Assembly: GCF_963921235.1 (NCBI RefSeq)
Contig: NC_086107.1
Coordinates: 103,232,001-103,296,000, forward strand
Length of the DNA: 64,000 bases
From: Mobula hypostoma
Lineage: Eukaryota
Reading direction: 5' to 3'
A program made the position numbers and the translations under genes. The notes below the pieces were generated by a model. It saw only the letters and a list, made by a program, of their open reading frames with translations. It was not told where the DNA came from and made no database searches. Each line of letters begins with the position of its first letter. Positions within the stretch are counted from its first letter, which is position 1. Positions 51,331-63,100 of the stretch are shown in pieces.

Positions 51331-51349
51331 TTGCGCCTCCTGGTGGCCA
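51331..51349 (-). promoter_or_regulatory. Candidate CTCF binding site
   Basis: The - strand reads TGGCCACCAGGAGGCGCAA, close to the CTCF core consensus TGGCCACCAGGGGGCGCTA. It lies in unique sequence about 115 bp upstream of the first coding exon. Confidence 0.6.
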
Positions 51350-51487
51350 CCTCTGGAAGAGAAGTGCAAGGAAGTTAAATTTCTTCCCACTGTGTGTCTG
51401 CGGGACAAGCAAGCAGAGAAAACAGATCAAGTGGGATTCTAACACTGCCTCCTTTTGTTTTACAGACAGAAATCCGCTTAAAGCACC

Positions 51488-51663
51488 ATGTCGTCAGAGC
51501 AGAGCGAGACATCACCCTCACAGCCACCTCACTTGCCTCGAGCACAGGTGTCCCCTCCTTTACTCTACTGCCGTGACAGTCCCAAAACTTGGGAGCGCAA
51601 CAACTCTCTCCTGGGGGACCTGCCCAGTCCTCTCCCCACCAAACGCACCCGTACCTACTCTGC
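51488..51663 (+). CDS. CSDC2: CSDC2/CARHSP1-family cold shock domain protein (CSDC2-like), first coding exon
   Basis: Acceptor ccttttgttttacag ends at 51465; Kozak-like gcaccATG at 51488. Translates MSSEQSETSPSQPPHLPRAQVSPPLLYCRDSPKTWERNNSLLGDLPSPLPTKRTRTYS(A), containing the CSDC2 motif WER..DLPSPLPTKRTRTYSA. Donor GC|gtaagt at 51664 (phase 2). Exact paralog identity is uncertain. Confidence 0.93.
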
Positions 51664-54091
51664 GTAAGTATTCCCGCTCTGTCACGGCTTCCTGTGAGGT
51701 TAATAATGATCACATTCTCACCAGATCCTGGAGAGGTTTGGGTCAAACGGGTCATCAAATCTGCGTGAAGTTTGCACATTTCCTCTGGGAGTTCTGGTTT
51801 CCTCCCACATCCCGTACCAGTTTGTAGCTCAGTTGGTTACTTTGTTTATTTATTGAGACCCTTCGAGCCACACCACCCAATTTAATCCTAGCCTAATCAC
51901 AGGACAATTTACAATGACTGGGAAGAATGTACAAACTCCTTACAGGCAGTGGTGGGAATTGAACCTGGGGCACCTGCACTGTAAACCGTTGTGCTAACCA
52001 CTACGCTACGATGGTACCAGTAAGTTGTTGCAGGTGTATTTATGCCTTTCTATAGTTCTATATACTTCTGTCAGGCCTCCCCATAACCTCCAATGAAAAC
52101 AGTTAATGTTTGTCCCATTTTCCCTTATTGCTAATGCTCTCTAATCCAGACAACATCCTGGTGAACCTCATCTGAGTTCTTCCAAATCCTCCACATCCCC
52201 CCCCCCCCCAGTAATGCGGAGGCCAGAAATACTCCAAATGAGGCCTGACCCAACTTTTGGACTGCTGCAATGTATTAGTGTAGTTAAGTCCACAGTGGCT
52301 AGCACAGCGAGTGTGGGCTGATTGGCCTATCCCGTGCAGTCTTACTCCACATCTGGAGGTCTGCATACACCTGAACCTCTTTATTTAGGGCAGGCTCTAC
52401 TCTCTGGTGAAGGATTGGTATTGATCTTATCGAAGCAGAAGATCCTCTGCTGACTTACGAGGGTCGATGCTTCTGAGGATGTTACCCACTGTGGGGGTTT
52501 CTAGAGCTGGCAGATTCACCTCAGATGGGCTGAGGAGGGATTCCTTCTATTGAAGCATTGACCCACCAGAGTTCAGGAGGCTGGGTCAACGGCACTGTCA
52601 ATCTGTTCCCACTCCTCGTCAACACTGAGGCAAAATGAGCTCAGAGTTCAGATAATGACCTCACTGAATTCTTGGGCTCTCTCCCCATCCCTTCTTTCTC
52701 CCTGGTCCCCTCTCTTTCCCCTTCTCCCCCTCTCTCTTATCTAACCTAGTCCATTTGCCCACGTTTGGCCCATATCCCTCAAAACCTATCCTATCCATGT
52801 ACCTCTTCATATACCTTTTAAATATTGTTAATGTAACTGCTTCAGCCATTTCCTCTGGCACCTCATATACTGTCCCGATCTGTTCACCTACTGGTGAAAA
52901 GTACCTGCTCAGCTTTCTATTAAATCTTTTCAGTCTCACATTAAACCTGTGCCTTCTAGTTCCTGATTCCCCACCCTGGGAAAATGGCTGTCTGCATTCA
53001 CCCTATCTGTACCCTGGCTATATCTTTGTGCGTCAGACTTTTGCACAGTACTGTAGTAATTTTATGTATTGCACTGTACTGTTGATGCCAAAAAAAATCA
53101 AATTTCATAACATATATGAGTGATGATAAACCTGATTCCAATACGGGTCTTTATTGTGGACTGAGAGTGGGAAGGGGGCAGGGAGAGGGGAACCATGGTT
53201 AGGAAAAGCGGGAGGGAGTGGGAAGCACCAGAGAGACATTCTGTAATCATCAATAAATCAGTTGTTTGGAATCAAATGACCTTGCCTGGAGTCTCAGAGC
53301 TGGGTGTGTCTGCACCTGCACCCCCAAGCCCCCGCCTCTGGCACCCCTTCTCTGCCACCTGTCCCATGCCCCTCCCATGGTGCCACTCTCATCATTCCCA
53401 AGATCCTTTGCTCCCACCAGATTTACAAACTCGCTCTGCGCTCCATGTTGACAAATTCAGTACTGTGCAAGTCTTAGGCATCCAATCTATCTATCGAAGA
53501 CTTTTTTTTGCACAGTACTGTACAAGATCACCCTCAGCCTTCTATTCTCCAATAAGTAGGCTGTAAACATGCTCAACCCCCTCTATAACTCAGTTCCTTT
53601 AGTCCTGACAACATCCTTGTAAATCTTTACACTCCCCATCTTAAAGACATCCTTCCTAAAGCAAGGTGACCAAAACTGAGCACAATATTCCACGTGGAGC
53701 CTTACCCCCATATTGTACATCTGCAACATAACATCCCAGTTCTATGCACAGTGAGGGCCAGTGTGCCAAAAGCCTTCTTCATCACCCTGTCCACCTACGA
53801 CTCCACTTCCACGGACTGTATCTGACTCCTGCTCCCACTTTTATTAACTTCCTTCAGAAGGCAAATGGAAAAGTACTTGGAAGGGCAAAATGTTGCAGAT
53901 CTGGGGAATGTGCAGGGAAGAGGGAATTATTGGGTTGATCGTCAAAGGAGCTAGCATTGGTCCATTGGGCCGAATGGCCTGCTCAGCTGTGGTCAACTGT
54001 AACCTTTATCTGTATGTTTGTCTCTCAGTGATCTGGATGGCATTGTTCTGTGCGCTTGTCTGAGTTTACCACCCTGTTTCTCCTCTTCCAG

Positions 54092-54214
54092 CTCCGCCCG
54101 GGCAACTCTTGGCCCCATCTCCAAGGGCAAGTGCAAGTGCTTCTCCAGGTCACAGGGTCACGGGTTCATCACCCCCTCGGATGGGAAGGAGGATATCTTT
54201 GTGCACATCTCTGA
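54092..54214 (+). CDS. CSDC2: CSDC2/CARHSP1-family protein, second coding exon (cold shock domain, RNP1/RNP2)
   Basis: Acceptor ctgtttctcctcttccag, 123-nt exon, donor GA|gtgagt. Translates (A)[40 protein letters not shown](D), with the CSD motifs GHGFI and DIFVH. Phases match both neighbouring exons. Confidence 0.96.
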   Translation, partial: LRPGNSWPHLQGQVQVLLQVTGSRVHHPLGWEGGYLCAHL

Positions 54215-55475
54215 GTGAGTGGTCACAGTGTCTCTTCGGAATGAAATGGCATCCTCAAAGCAGAGCGCTCGCGGGCTGATGCACGCCGGGTGGGAGCCGG
54301 GAAGTTCAAGTGAAGATTTGCCACTTCCACAGGCAGACGTACCTGAGGCATACATGCTATGAAGATTAGCTTTTTGCAGACGTATGATAACGTAAACTCA
54401 AATTAATTGTGCACAAAATAAGCAACAAAATAGATAATAACCAACTAGTGAGGGGGAGAAAAAGAAATGTTTCCAAGTCAGTGTTAGGGATATTCAGGTG
54501 AGTTCAGGACTCTGCTGGCAATGGGGAAGAGGTTTCTGTTGAAGTGTTGAGGTGCTGGTGCTCAGGCTCCTGTATCTCCTGCCTGATGACAGCATCGAAA
54601 AGAGGGCCTGGCCAGAGCAGGTGTGTGTGTCCGTAATGATGGATGTTGCCTTCCTGAGGAATCCCCTCTTGAGGATGTCCTCATGGTGGAGAAGACTGTG
54701 CCCATGATGGAACTTGCCGAGTCCATCTCATTCTGCAGCCTCCTGTGTTCCTGAGCTTTGGATTTCCCATACCAGGCCGTGACGTAACCAGTCAGGGTGC
54801 TCTCCACTCTGCCTCCGTACGTCTTCAACGGCACGCCAAAGCAACACACACACACACACACACACGAGATGCTGGAGGAACTCAGCAGGCCAGGCAGCAT
54901 CTATGTGAAAGAATAGAGTCGCCATTTTGGGGCCGAGACCCTTCGTCAGGACCGTCCGGAACAGGTTGGTCTAAGAACCCGCTGGTTGTCGGGAAGTAGC
55001 CATGCCTGAAGTTGGTGGTGTGGAACTTGAGGTCTCTGTACCCCCTGCCCAAAGGTAGTAGCAAGATGGTGGGGATCCTTGATAGATGACGCCTTCTTGA
55101 GGCTGTCAGCGCTGGAGAGGGCTGAGAGGAAGAACGGTCATCAGTGGAAGGAGGAGCTGGGAAATTCCATGGGTCAGATGAACTTTCTCCTCCTCCTTTC
55201 TCATCCTCTACAGTGAGTATGAAGGAAGCGCAGGAAGTTTACGAAACTTTTAGTTGTGAGCGTACTTCTTACTTGTAGTATTGATCATGCAGGAAGGTGA
55301 GGTAGGCTTGGAGGTGCAGATGGACTATTGCTGCTTCTAAGTTCTTGATTTCGCATCAGGATTCATCTGGCTTTGAGTAACCCAGCTCCTCGTGCCCCCC
55401 CCCCCGCTCACCACCCCGCCGATTACCTCAGGGCTGAACGCGCTGACACTAACTCTTCCGCTTTTCTGTCCTCAG

Positions 55476-55638
55476 CATCGAGGGGGAGTACGTGCCGGTG
55501 GAAGGAGATGAAGTCACGTACAAGGTGTGCGCCGTCCCGCCCAAGAACATAAAGTTCCAGGCCGTCGAGGTGGTCATCACCCACCTGGCCCCGGGAACCA
55601 AGCACGAGACCTGGTCTGGGCAGATCATCGACTCCTGA
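55476..55638 (+). CDS. CSDC2: CSDC2/CARHSP1-family protein, last coding exon
   Basis: Branch point cactaac (55447-55453) and acceptor cttttctgtcctcag. Translates (D)[53 protein letters not shown], with TGA at 55636-55638. Total CDS 176+123+163=462 nt. Confidence 0.96.
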
Positions 55639-55920
55639 GGCAGCGGGCAGGCACTGGGAGCAGGTTGGGATCTGAAGGTCTGAAAGACTGGCTCCTCCAT
55701 CAACAGGACTTTTTAAACAGCAAATCGACACAAAATTAATTGTGGGGAGAATATGTGATTTGTGAGTTGTGTATTGTAATAGACTTTACAGGTTATGGTT
55801 TAAAAAAAGGATTATATATAACACAAAGCTATAGGCTAGGGAAGGGGGTGTGAGAATGGCTTTATCTCTCATCTTTAACCATATTGCTCCTGCCGGCTCC
55901 TCCGAATAGGCCCCAAGGCT

Positions 55921-55926
55921 AATAAA
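55921..55926 (+). terminator. Candidate polyadenylation signal of the CSDC2-like gene
   Basis: First AATAAA after the stop codon (about 280 nt downstream), followed by T/GT-rich ctttgtttc about 25-30 nt later. Confidence 0.5.
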
Positions 55927-57034
55927 TTCTACTTAATTAAGGCAGAATCTACTTTGTTTCCCGGTGGAGGGTTCGTTTCAACTTTAAGGTAGCTCTCCTG
56001 CTGCCTGGAAGCATTGGACCAGGAGTTGGTCTTTGAGCCCCACCAGACCAGACATGAGATGGTGGTCGAAAGATGTCTTCATCTCCCTGTCCTGGTCCTC
56101 GTTGTCAAAGAGTGATGTGTATATCCCAGCACTGTGAAACTTTCAGTCTGTCCTTTCTGGCCCCTGCAACTTTAGGGATAACGATCTGCTGGTTTCTATT
56201 TGTCCGTGCATGAAGCCCTTTCTCAGTTGAATGACCCCATTCCAAGGATTTTGTTCAAGCAGAAATAGTTTCCATCCATTTACCCCATTGAATCCCTTAA
56301 TCAACCCGAAATCAGACCATCCCTAAATCTGCCAAAATCTTAGCAGAATCAGGAAATCTGCTTGCGTAGTACCACACTTCTTTAGCATCCCGCAGCCGAA
56401 AGTCTGTTTCTTCTTCCTCTCCCTCCGCAGGAGCGAAACACAATAGCAACATTTCCCATGGAAAGAGAAACAGTTAATGGTTCAGGCCTGGGACCTTTCA
56501 TCAGAACTGATTGAGTGGTTAAGGGTCCCAAACCGTGTAACGTTAAAGATTCCTCTCTCCACAGATGCTGCCTGACTTGCTGAGATTTTCCTTTTCTTTT
56601 ACTTTGGCTTTCTGGTGTTAGAGAGATTCATTTTTCAGGAGTTGTTTCTCATTATTACATTCAAATTGGGGGTTTGACCAGAGGGAGTCACCCTCGAGTT
56701 CAGATACCAGGCCACAGGGTATAAAATAATTTCCTGTACAATGTCTCCAATTCGCTCACCCCAGGCCCCATCGCCCTGCCTATTTCCTGTCCACCCTCTG
56801 CTGCATTTGTCTATCGCCTGACCCCTCCTCCTATTGGTCCTGCACTGTTCCCATCTCCCTTCCTTGATTCCATGCCTTCCCTTCCCGATCAGATTCCATC
56901 ATCTTCAGCCTCTTGTTACCTCCCAGCCTCTGTCACTATGTCCACTCTTCCTTCCTCCATCTGCCTCTCACCCTTCTCACCTGAATCACCCCACCCCCTC
57001 CCCTTACCCTTATGTACTGTCCACCTCCCCCTCG

Positions 57035-57325
57035 TGTGGCGCGTGGCTAGTGGTTAGGGCGTTGGACTAGCGATCTGCGGGTCGTGAGTTCGAGCCCCAG
57101 CCGGGGCAGCGTGTTGTGTCCCTGAGCAAGGCACTTAACCACACAATGCTCCAGTCCACCCAGCTGCGAATGGGTACCGGCAAAATGCTGGGGGTCAAAC
57201 TCACGAAAGACTGGCATCCTATCGGGGGGGGGGGGAGTCTCGTACTCTCAATCGCTTCACGCCATGGAAACCGGCATAAACACTGGCCTGATGAGCTTAA
57301 AAGGCTCGGGACAGCCTTTAACTAA
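57035..57325 (+). mobile_element. tRNA-derived SINE with Meta/MESC-like central domain
   Basis: A-box tggctagtgg and B-box gagttcgagcc, then tgtgtccctgagcaaggcacttaac..gtccacccagctgcgaatgggtaccggc. Confidence 0.7.
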
Positions 57326-59042
57326 CCTCCCCCTCTATCTCTCATACAAGGTAAATGGTCTCGACCCGAAACGTCCATTGCCCATTCCCCTCCACAGATG
57401 CTGCCTGGTCTGCTGAGTTCCTCCTGCATTTTTGTTTGCACTCTAGATTCTGGCATCTGCAGTCTTGTGTGTCTGTATTCCATTTTGTGGGGCGGGGGTC
57501 AGACCATACTGTCTTGAGTTTTCCTGTCGAATGACCTTCCCGGGACAACAGGCCTCACCAGGTTAATCAACTCTTTATCGCCTCCATCCACCTCTATCCA
57601 CCTAGTCAAAATTCCAATTCTCTGAGGTTTAACCTATCTTCTTCTTTCCTTCGCCTGGATGTTCCCAATATTACTCGTCTGAATTCCGGGGGGAATTGGG
57701 TCTGGGGTCACCAGCTGCCCTGAGCCAGTCCTGCTGCAGCTCACCTGGACTTTGAAGCAATTGCTTTTCCTGTTGTCTGATGGGACCAGGGATTCACAGG
57801 GATTTAGGCACTTTATTCGACCAGGAATTCAGGCACTTTATGGGACCAGGGATCCAGCCACTTCGTCCCACAACAATTTTGTGGGACTTGGTTGCCGTTC
57901 AGCCCTTGCCTCCCAGTTTCTGTCGAACAGGGACAGCAAGCTGGCACAGCTGGCACCGCTGCCTTGCAGCCCCAGGAGACCCAGGTTCAATCCAGACCTC
58001 GGGCACTGTCTGGGTGGAGTTTGCACGCTCTCCCTGTGACCACGTGGGTCACCCCTGGGTGCTCCAATTCCTTCCAGCGATGTGCAGGTTGGCAGGTTAA
58101 TGAGCTAGTGGGTGGAAGAATCAGGGGGAGCTGACGGGTGAGGCGGAGGAATATGAGAGAAGATGATTTGGATGGAGCCATTACGGGAGCCGGGCGATGG
58201 AACAACACCCCTCCCTGCACAAAGCTGCCCCTTTGTCCTCTCGTTGGACGGCTGGAGGGGAAGTTAATCTGTTCATTACCCAATCTACATCACAGTTCCC
58301 TCACCAGGCAGCACGGTAGCATGGTGGTTAGCACAACGGTTTACAGTACAGGTGACCTGGGTTCAATTCCCACCACTGCCCGCAAGGAGTTTGTATGTTT
58401 CCCTCTGGGTGCTCCAGTTTCCTCCCACAGTCCAAAGTTGGTAGTTGGTTAATTGGTCATTGTAAATTGTCCTGTGATTAGGTTAGGATTAAATCAGAGG
58501 ATTGCTGGGCGGAGTATCCCAGCAATGTGGGGGTGGAGGATCACATCTGGGTCACTCTTCAGAGATCCTGATCTCCACTGTTGTCTGTTGTATTTGCATC
58601 TCCACCGTGAACCAGGTCAGCCTAGTATAAGTAAGTGAATAAAATGGAATTAATGTAGGGTTAGTGTAAATGAATGCTCAAGGGGTTAGTATGTACTCAG
58701 AGGGCAGAAGGGCCTGTTTCTTTGTGTAGGACTCTCTGTATGATGCCAAGAGAGGTCGCTTGAGAGGATTGAGTCTGTGTTTATCAAGGGACTCTCAGTA
58801 AGTGGGAAAGTTAGGGTTACTGGGTCAATTTACTCCAGAATCTTGAGTTGCGTTGCTTACCGTGCGCCTCGGTGAACTTAAAGATCAAGAGATCCCATGG
58901 CTCATTTTCCAGTCTGTGTACGGAGAGCTCGATAAGGATCTCCCCCACCCCCCACCACACACACACACACACACTCCAGTCGCCTCTGAGGTTCCGGTAG
59001 GGATCAGGACTGCCGACTCCATCTCACCCCTCAACTGGACTG

Positions 59043-59090
59043 AGGTCACCGAGAGTGACCGGTTTCCATGGCAACTGGGTGGGCGGATGG
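59043..59090. promoter_or_regulatory. RFX X-box + GC box, candidate promoter
   Basis: GTTTCCATGGCAAC (59062-59075) matches the RFX X-box. It is flanked by GGGTGGGCGG and an AGGTCA-n7-TGACCG inverted half-site pair, in locally CpG-richer unique DNA. Confidence 0.45.
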
Positions 59091-59664
59091 GCAGACCAGA
59101 GGAGAGCGATGGAAGTTAACCGGGGAGGAGGTGGGTTGTGGGGGCAGTTGTACTGAGGGACTGAAGGTTAACCCGATTATCGACGAGTAGCACGAATCAT
59201 TATCATTTCCGGCACTGCTCCGCACGATGTTTTGGCTTTATTACAGCTGCACCTTCCTTTTTGTGAGTCGAATAGAGCTGATTTCCATTGTGACCGCTCG
59301 CCACGAACTCTGATGTTGAGACTGATTAAAACCAGTGATGGATCTCTAGAGAGTGATGGTTTTGCTGGCAATAAATACCAATAAAACACAATGGCGCCCA
59401 TGTTGTGGTCTATTAATTCTCTCGCCTGGATCTTCCGATGACATGTCCAAGTGGCAGAACTGAAGTGAAGCCAGCATGGCTAATACAGGTTGGATTAAAC
59501 TGCCCTCTGGGGTGTTCCCTCTGGTACTACGAGTTGCGGCCAACTATAGAGCTTTATTTAAATTCTTCCCCCTCCCACACTTCTTGTGAGGTGGGCAGAG
59601 GTTCAAAGGCACAGTGTGGCACTCGAGCACAACTATCTCTGCCAGTGGTCCAGCGCAGGACTAA

Positions 59665-60157
59665 AGGCTGATTTATACTTCTGCGTTACCTCGATGCGGT
59701 AAACTTCGCAAGCGACTGACGCACGTTGTGAGCATTTATACTTGTGCGTCACTCTGCAATTCGCGCACGTCACGCATGCGCACACACCTGCCTGTGCAAG
59801 GCCATGGCTTCACGGTCATGGTAGTCTTTCTTGGGGTAAACAAGAAGCAAGCGTCTTTTTTTGTAAAAGCGAAACGTGTCCTTCATAATTTCAGAGGTCT
59901 GTAAAGTTTCATGGAGCCAGAGTTCCTTCCCTGCCCTTCAGTTGCCCAGTGGGAAACTACTGCAGCGTAGGAGGAAATGCGATGCTACCAAGCGGACCAA
60001 TCACAGTTGTTGCGGTCTGCATTGCTGCGACGCATAGTTACATTTTGGGAGAGGTGCACGTCAGGCTACGGCGTAGGGTTCCACATCGGCTCTGCGTAGG
60101 GTTCACGGCAACGCAGTACCTACGGCGTCGAGTTGACGCAGAAGTATAAATCAGGAC
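59665..60157. mobile_element. MITE / non-autonomous DNA transposon (PIF-Harbinger-like termini)
   Basis: 19-bp perfect TIR ctgatttatacttctgcgt (59668) / acgcagaagtataaatcag (ends 60154), an internal subterminal copy atttatacttgtgcgtc, and a CpG-rich body. TSD is unclear. Confidence 0.7.
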
Positions 60158-63100
60158 TGAGGGAGTGCCACGCTTTTGGAGGAATACGCACAAGATTGCC
60201 GGAGGGACTCAGCGGGCCAGGACGGGAATGAACAGTCTGACGTTTCAGGCCGGGACCCTTCAGCCGGACTGGAAAGAAGCCAAGGTGAGAAGGTTGAGAG
60301 GAGTAGGTGAAAGGTGACGGGGGCGGGGGGGGGTGGCTGGGTAGGAAGGGAGGGGGGTTTGATGTGAGAATCTGGGAGGTGGAAGAGCTAAAGAACTGAA
60401 GAAAGAGGAATTTGATAGAATGATCCATGGAAGAAAGGGAAGGAGGAGGGGAATCAGACTGAGGCGATGGGCTGGTGGGAATTGAATTGACTTTTATCAC
60501 TTACATCCTTCACATACATGAGGAGTAAAAATCTTTACGTTACGTCTCCGTCTAAATGTGCAATTTATAGTAATTTATAATAAATAGTACGTACAACAGG
60601 ACAGTCAATGTAGCATAGAAATACAATTGTATCAGCGTGAATTAATCTTTCTGTTGGCCTGGTGGAAGAAGCTGTCCTGGAGCCTGTTGGTCCTGGCTGC
60701 TATGCTTCAGTACCGTTTCCTGGATGGTAGCAGCTGGAACAGTCTGTGGTTGGGGTGACTCGGGTCCCCAATGATCCTTCGGGCCCTTTTTACACACCTG
60801 TCTCTGTAAACGTCCTGACCATTGGAAAGTTCACATCTACAGATGTGCTGGGCTGTCCGCACCACTCTCTGCAGAGCCCTGTGACTGAGGGAGGTACAGT
60901 TCCTATGACTGCCTGGAGAAGACAAGGAGAAGAGAAGAACCCTTCTCTCTTTCTGCATTCCCCATTCTACCCCTCCTCACCTGCTTATTCTTGCTTCTGG
61001 CCCCCTGTGGAAAAGAATACACAGTCAACATTTTGGGCTGAGGCCCTGATAAACAGCCCTAATGAAGGGCCTTGGCCTGAAAAGTCACCTGTTTATTCTC
61101 CTCCATGGATACTGCCAGGGTTCCCTCAGCTTTTTGTGTGTGTGTTGCTCATGAGACCCAGCATCTGCAGATCTCTTGTGTTTATGAACCTGTTGGAGGA
61201 ACCAGCTTTTGAAAGGGGACTAAAACATGCCATCTTCTCAGGTGACTATGCTAAAGAAAAGCCTTGACTATTCTGCACTAATGTTCATCCTAGAGTTGGT
61301 ATAAAAACACTGAGGGAAGTATAGTTCCCATGCCTGCCTGGAGAGGACAAGGAGGAGAGAAGAACCCTTCTCTCTTTCTCCATGCCCCATTCTGGTTTCC
61401 CTCTGCCCCTTCTCACCTGCTTATCCTTGCTTCTTGCCCCCTGTGCATTCAGTTCTGGTCACCCCGTTACAGGAAGGATGGGGGGATCTGCAGAGAGAGT
61501 GCAGAAGAGCTTCACCGGGATGCCAACACAAGAAAATCTGCAGATGCTGGAAATCCAGAGCAACACGCACAAAATGATGGAGGAACTCAGCAGGCCAGGC
61601 AGCATCCATGGAAAAGAGTAAACAGTAGACATTTTGGGCTGAGACCCTTAACTAAGGGCCTCGGCCCGAAAAGTCAGCTGTTCACTCTTGTCCACGGATG
61701 CTGCCTGGCCTGCTGAGTTCCTCCAGCGTTTTGTGGGCGTCATCAGGACTCTGCCTGGATTAGTGACAAGGAAAGGGTGGAAAAACTAGGTTTTCTCTGG
61801 AGTTGTGGAGGCTGAGGGGAGACATGCTTGAAATTTATAGAATTATGAGAGGCAGTGTATCTTCCCCCACCCCCCCCCGCGGGTCAAAATTTCTAATACT
61901 GGAGGGAGGGGGGGAAGTTAATTTAACACAAAAGCAGTGGGTGCCTGGAGTGCTCTGCCAGGGGTGATGGTGGAGGCAGGCACAATACAGACACGCAAGA
62001 GGCTCTTCAGTACGTGAATGTGCAGAGAATGGAGGGATGTGGATCGTATTCTAACGGAACAGCTATGGCATCATTAGGACTAAGTGGTTCAGCACAACAT
62101 CGTGGGGTGAAAGGCCTGTTCCTGTACTGTACTGGTCTGTGTTTTAACTAAGATTATTAAAGAATATTGCAAAGGCAAAACGCTGCACGAGCTGGGTATC
62201 AGAACGAAAACAGAAAATACCGGTCACGAGCAAGAGAAAACCTGCAGACGCTGGAAATCCGAACAACACACGCTAAACGCTGGAGGAACTCAGCAGGCCA
62301 GGCAGCATCTAGGAAAAGAGTACGGTCGAAGGGTTTTGGCCCAAAGCGTGGACTAGATGCTGCCTGGCCTGCTGAGTTCCTCCGGCATTCTGTGTGTGTT
62401 GCTCAGAAAATACTGGTACGTACTCAGCTGTGGAAGAAGAAACAGTTTAATGTTATGGTTTGGGACCCTTCAGAACTGAGAAAAGCTGTGAGTTGGCTGA
62501 GGACAATGGGTGGGATAAAGAGAAACCCTCTGATAGAATGAAATAAAGGGGCGATTAAATTTACGACACCTCAACACCCAACTTCTCTGCTTCTTAGACT
62601 AATATGTGGCTTTGTCACTTCTGATCACCTGAAACATTAACCGTTCCTCCATCCACAGATGTTGCCCGACCAGCCGAGTGTTTCTGGCATTTTGCAACTG
62701 GAATAAAGATCTGTAGGAAATGTTCAGGTGGTTGGGCAGCTTCTGTGGTGAGAGGAACAGACTGATCTTTCAGGTCAACACACACACAAAATGCTGGAGG
62801 AGCTCAGCAAGTCAGGCAGCATCTGTGGAAGTGAATAGATAGCTTACACGTCGGGCCGAAACCCTTCTTCAGGACTGGGGCGGGGGGGGGAAGATGCCAG
62901 ATTTTAGAGGTGGGGAGTTGGGGAAGGAGGCTTGCTGGAAGGTGATAGGTGAAGCCACTTAGGTGGGAAAGGTCAAGGGCTGGAGAAGAAAGAATCTGGT
63001 GGGAGAGGAGAGTGGACCAGAGGAGAAAGGGAAGGAGGAGCTCCCTCCAACACTCTGTGGTATGTTGCTTTGGATTTCCAGAATCTGCAGACTTGCTGAT

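Noticed and set aside
54018..54218. Stand-alone 66-aa cold-shock ORF from the ORF track
   Set aside because: It is the internal exon 54092-54214 read through intron sequence; the real protein is spliced.
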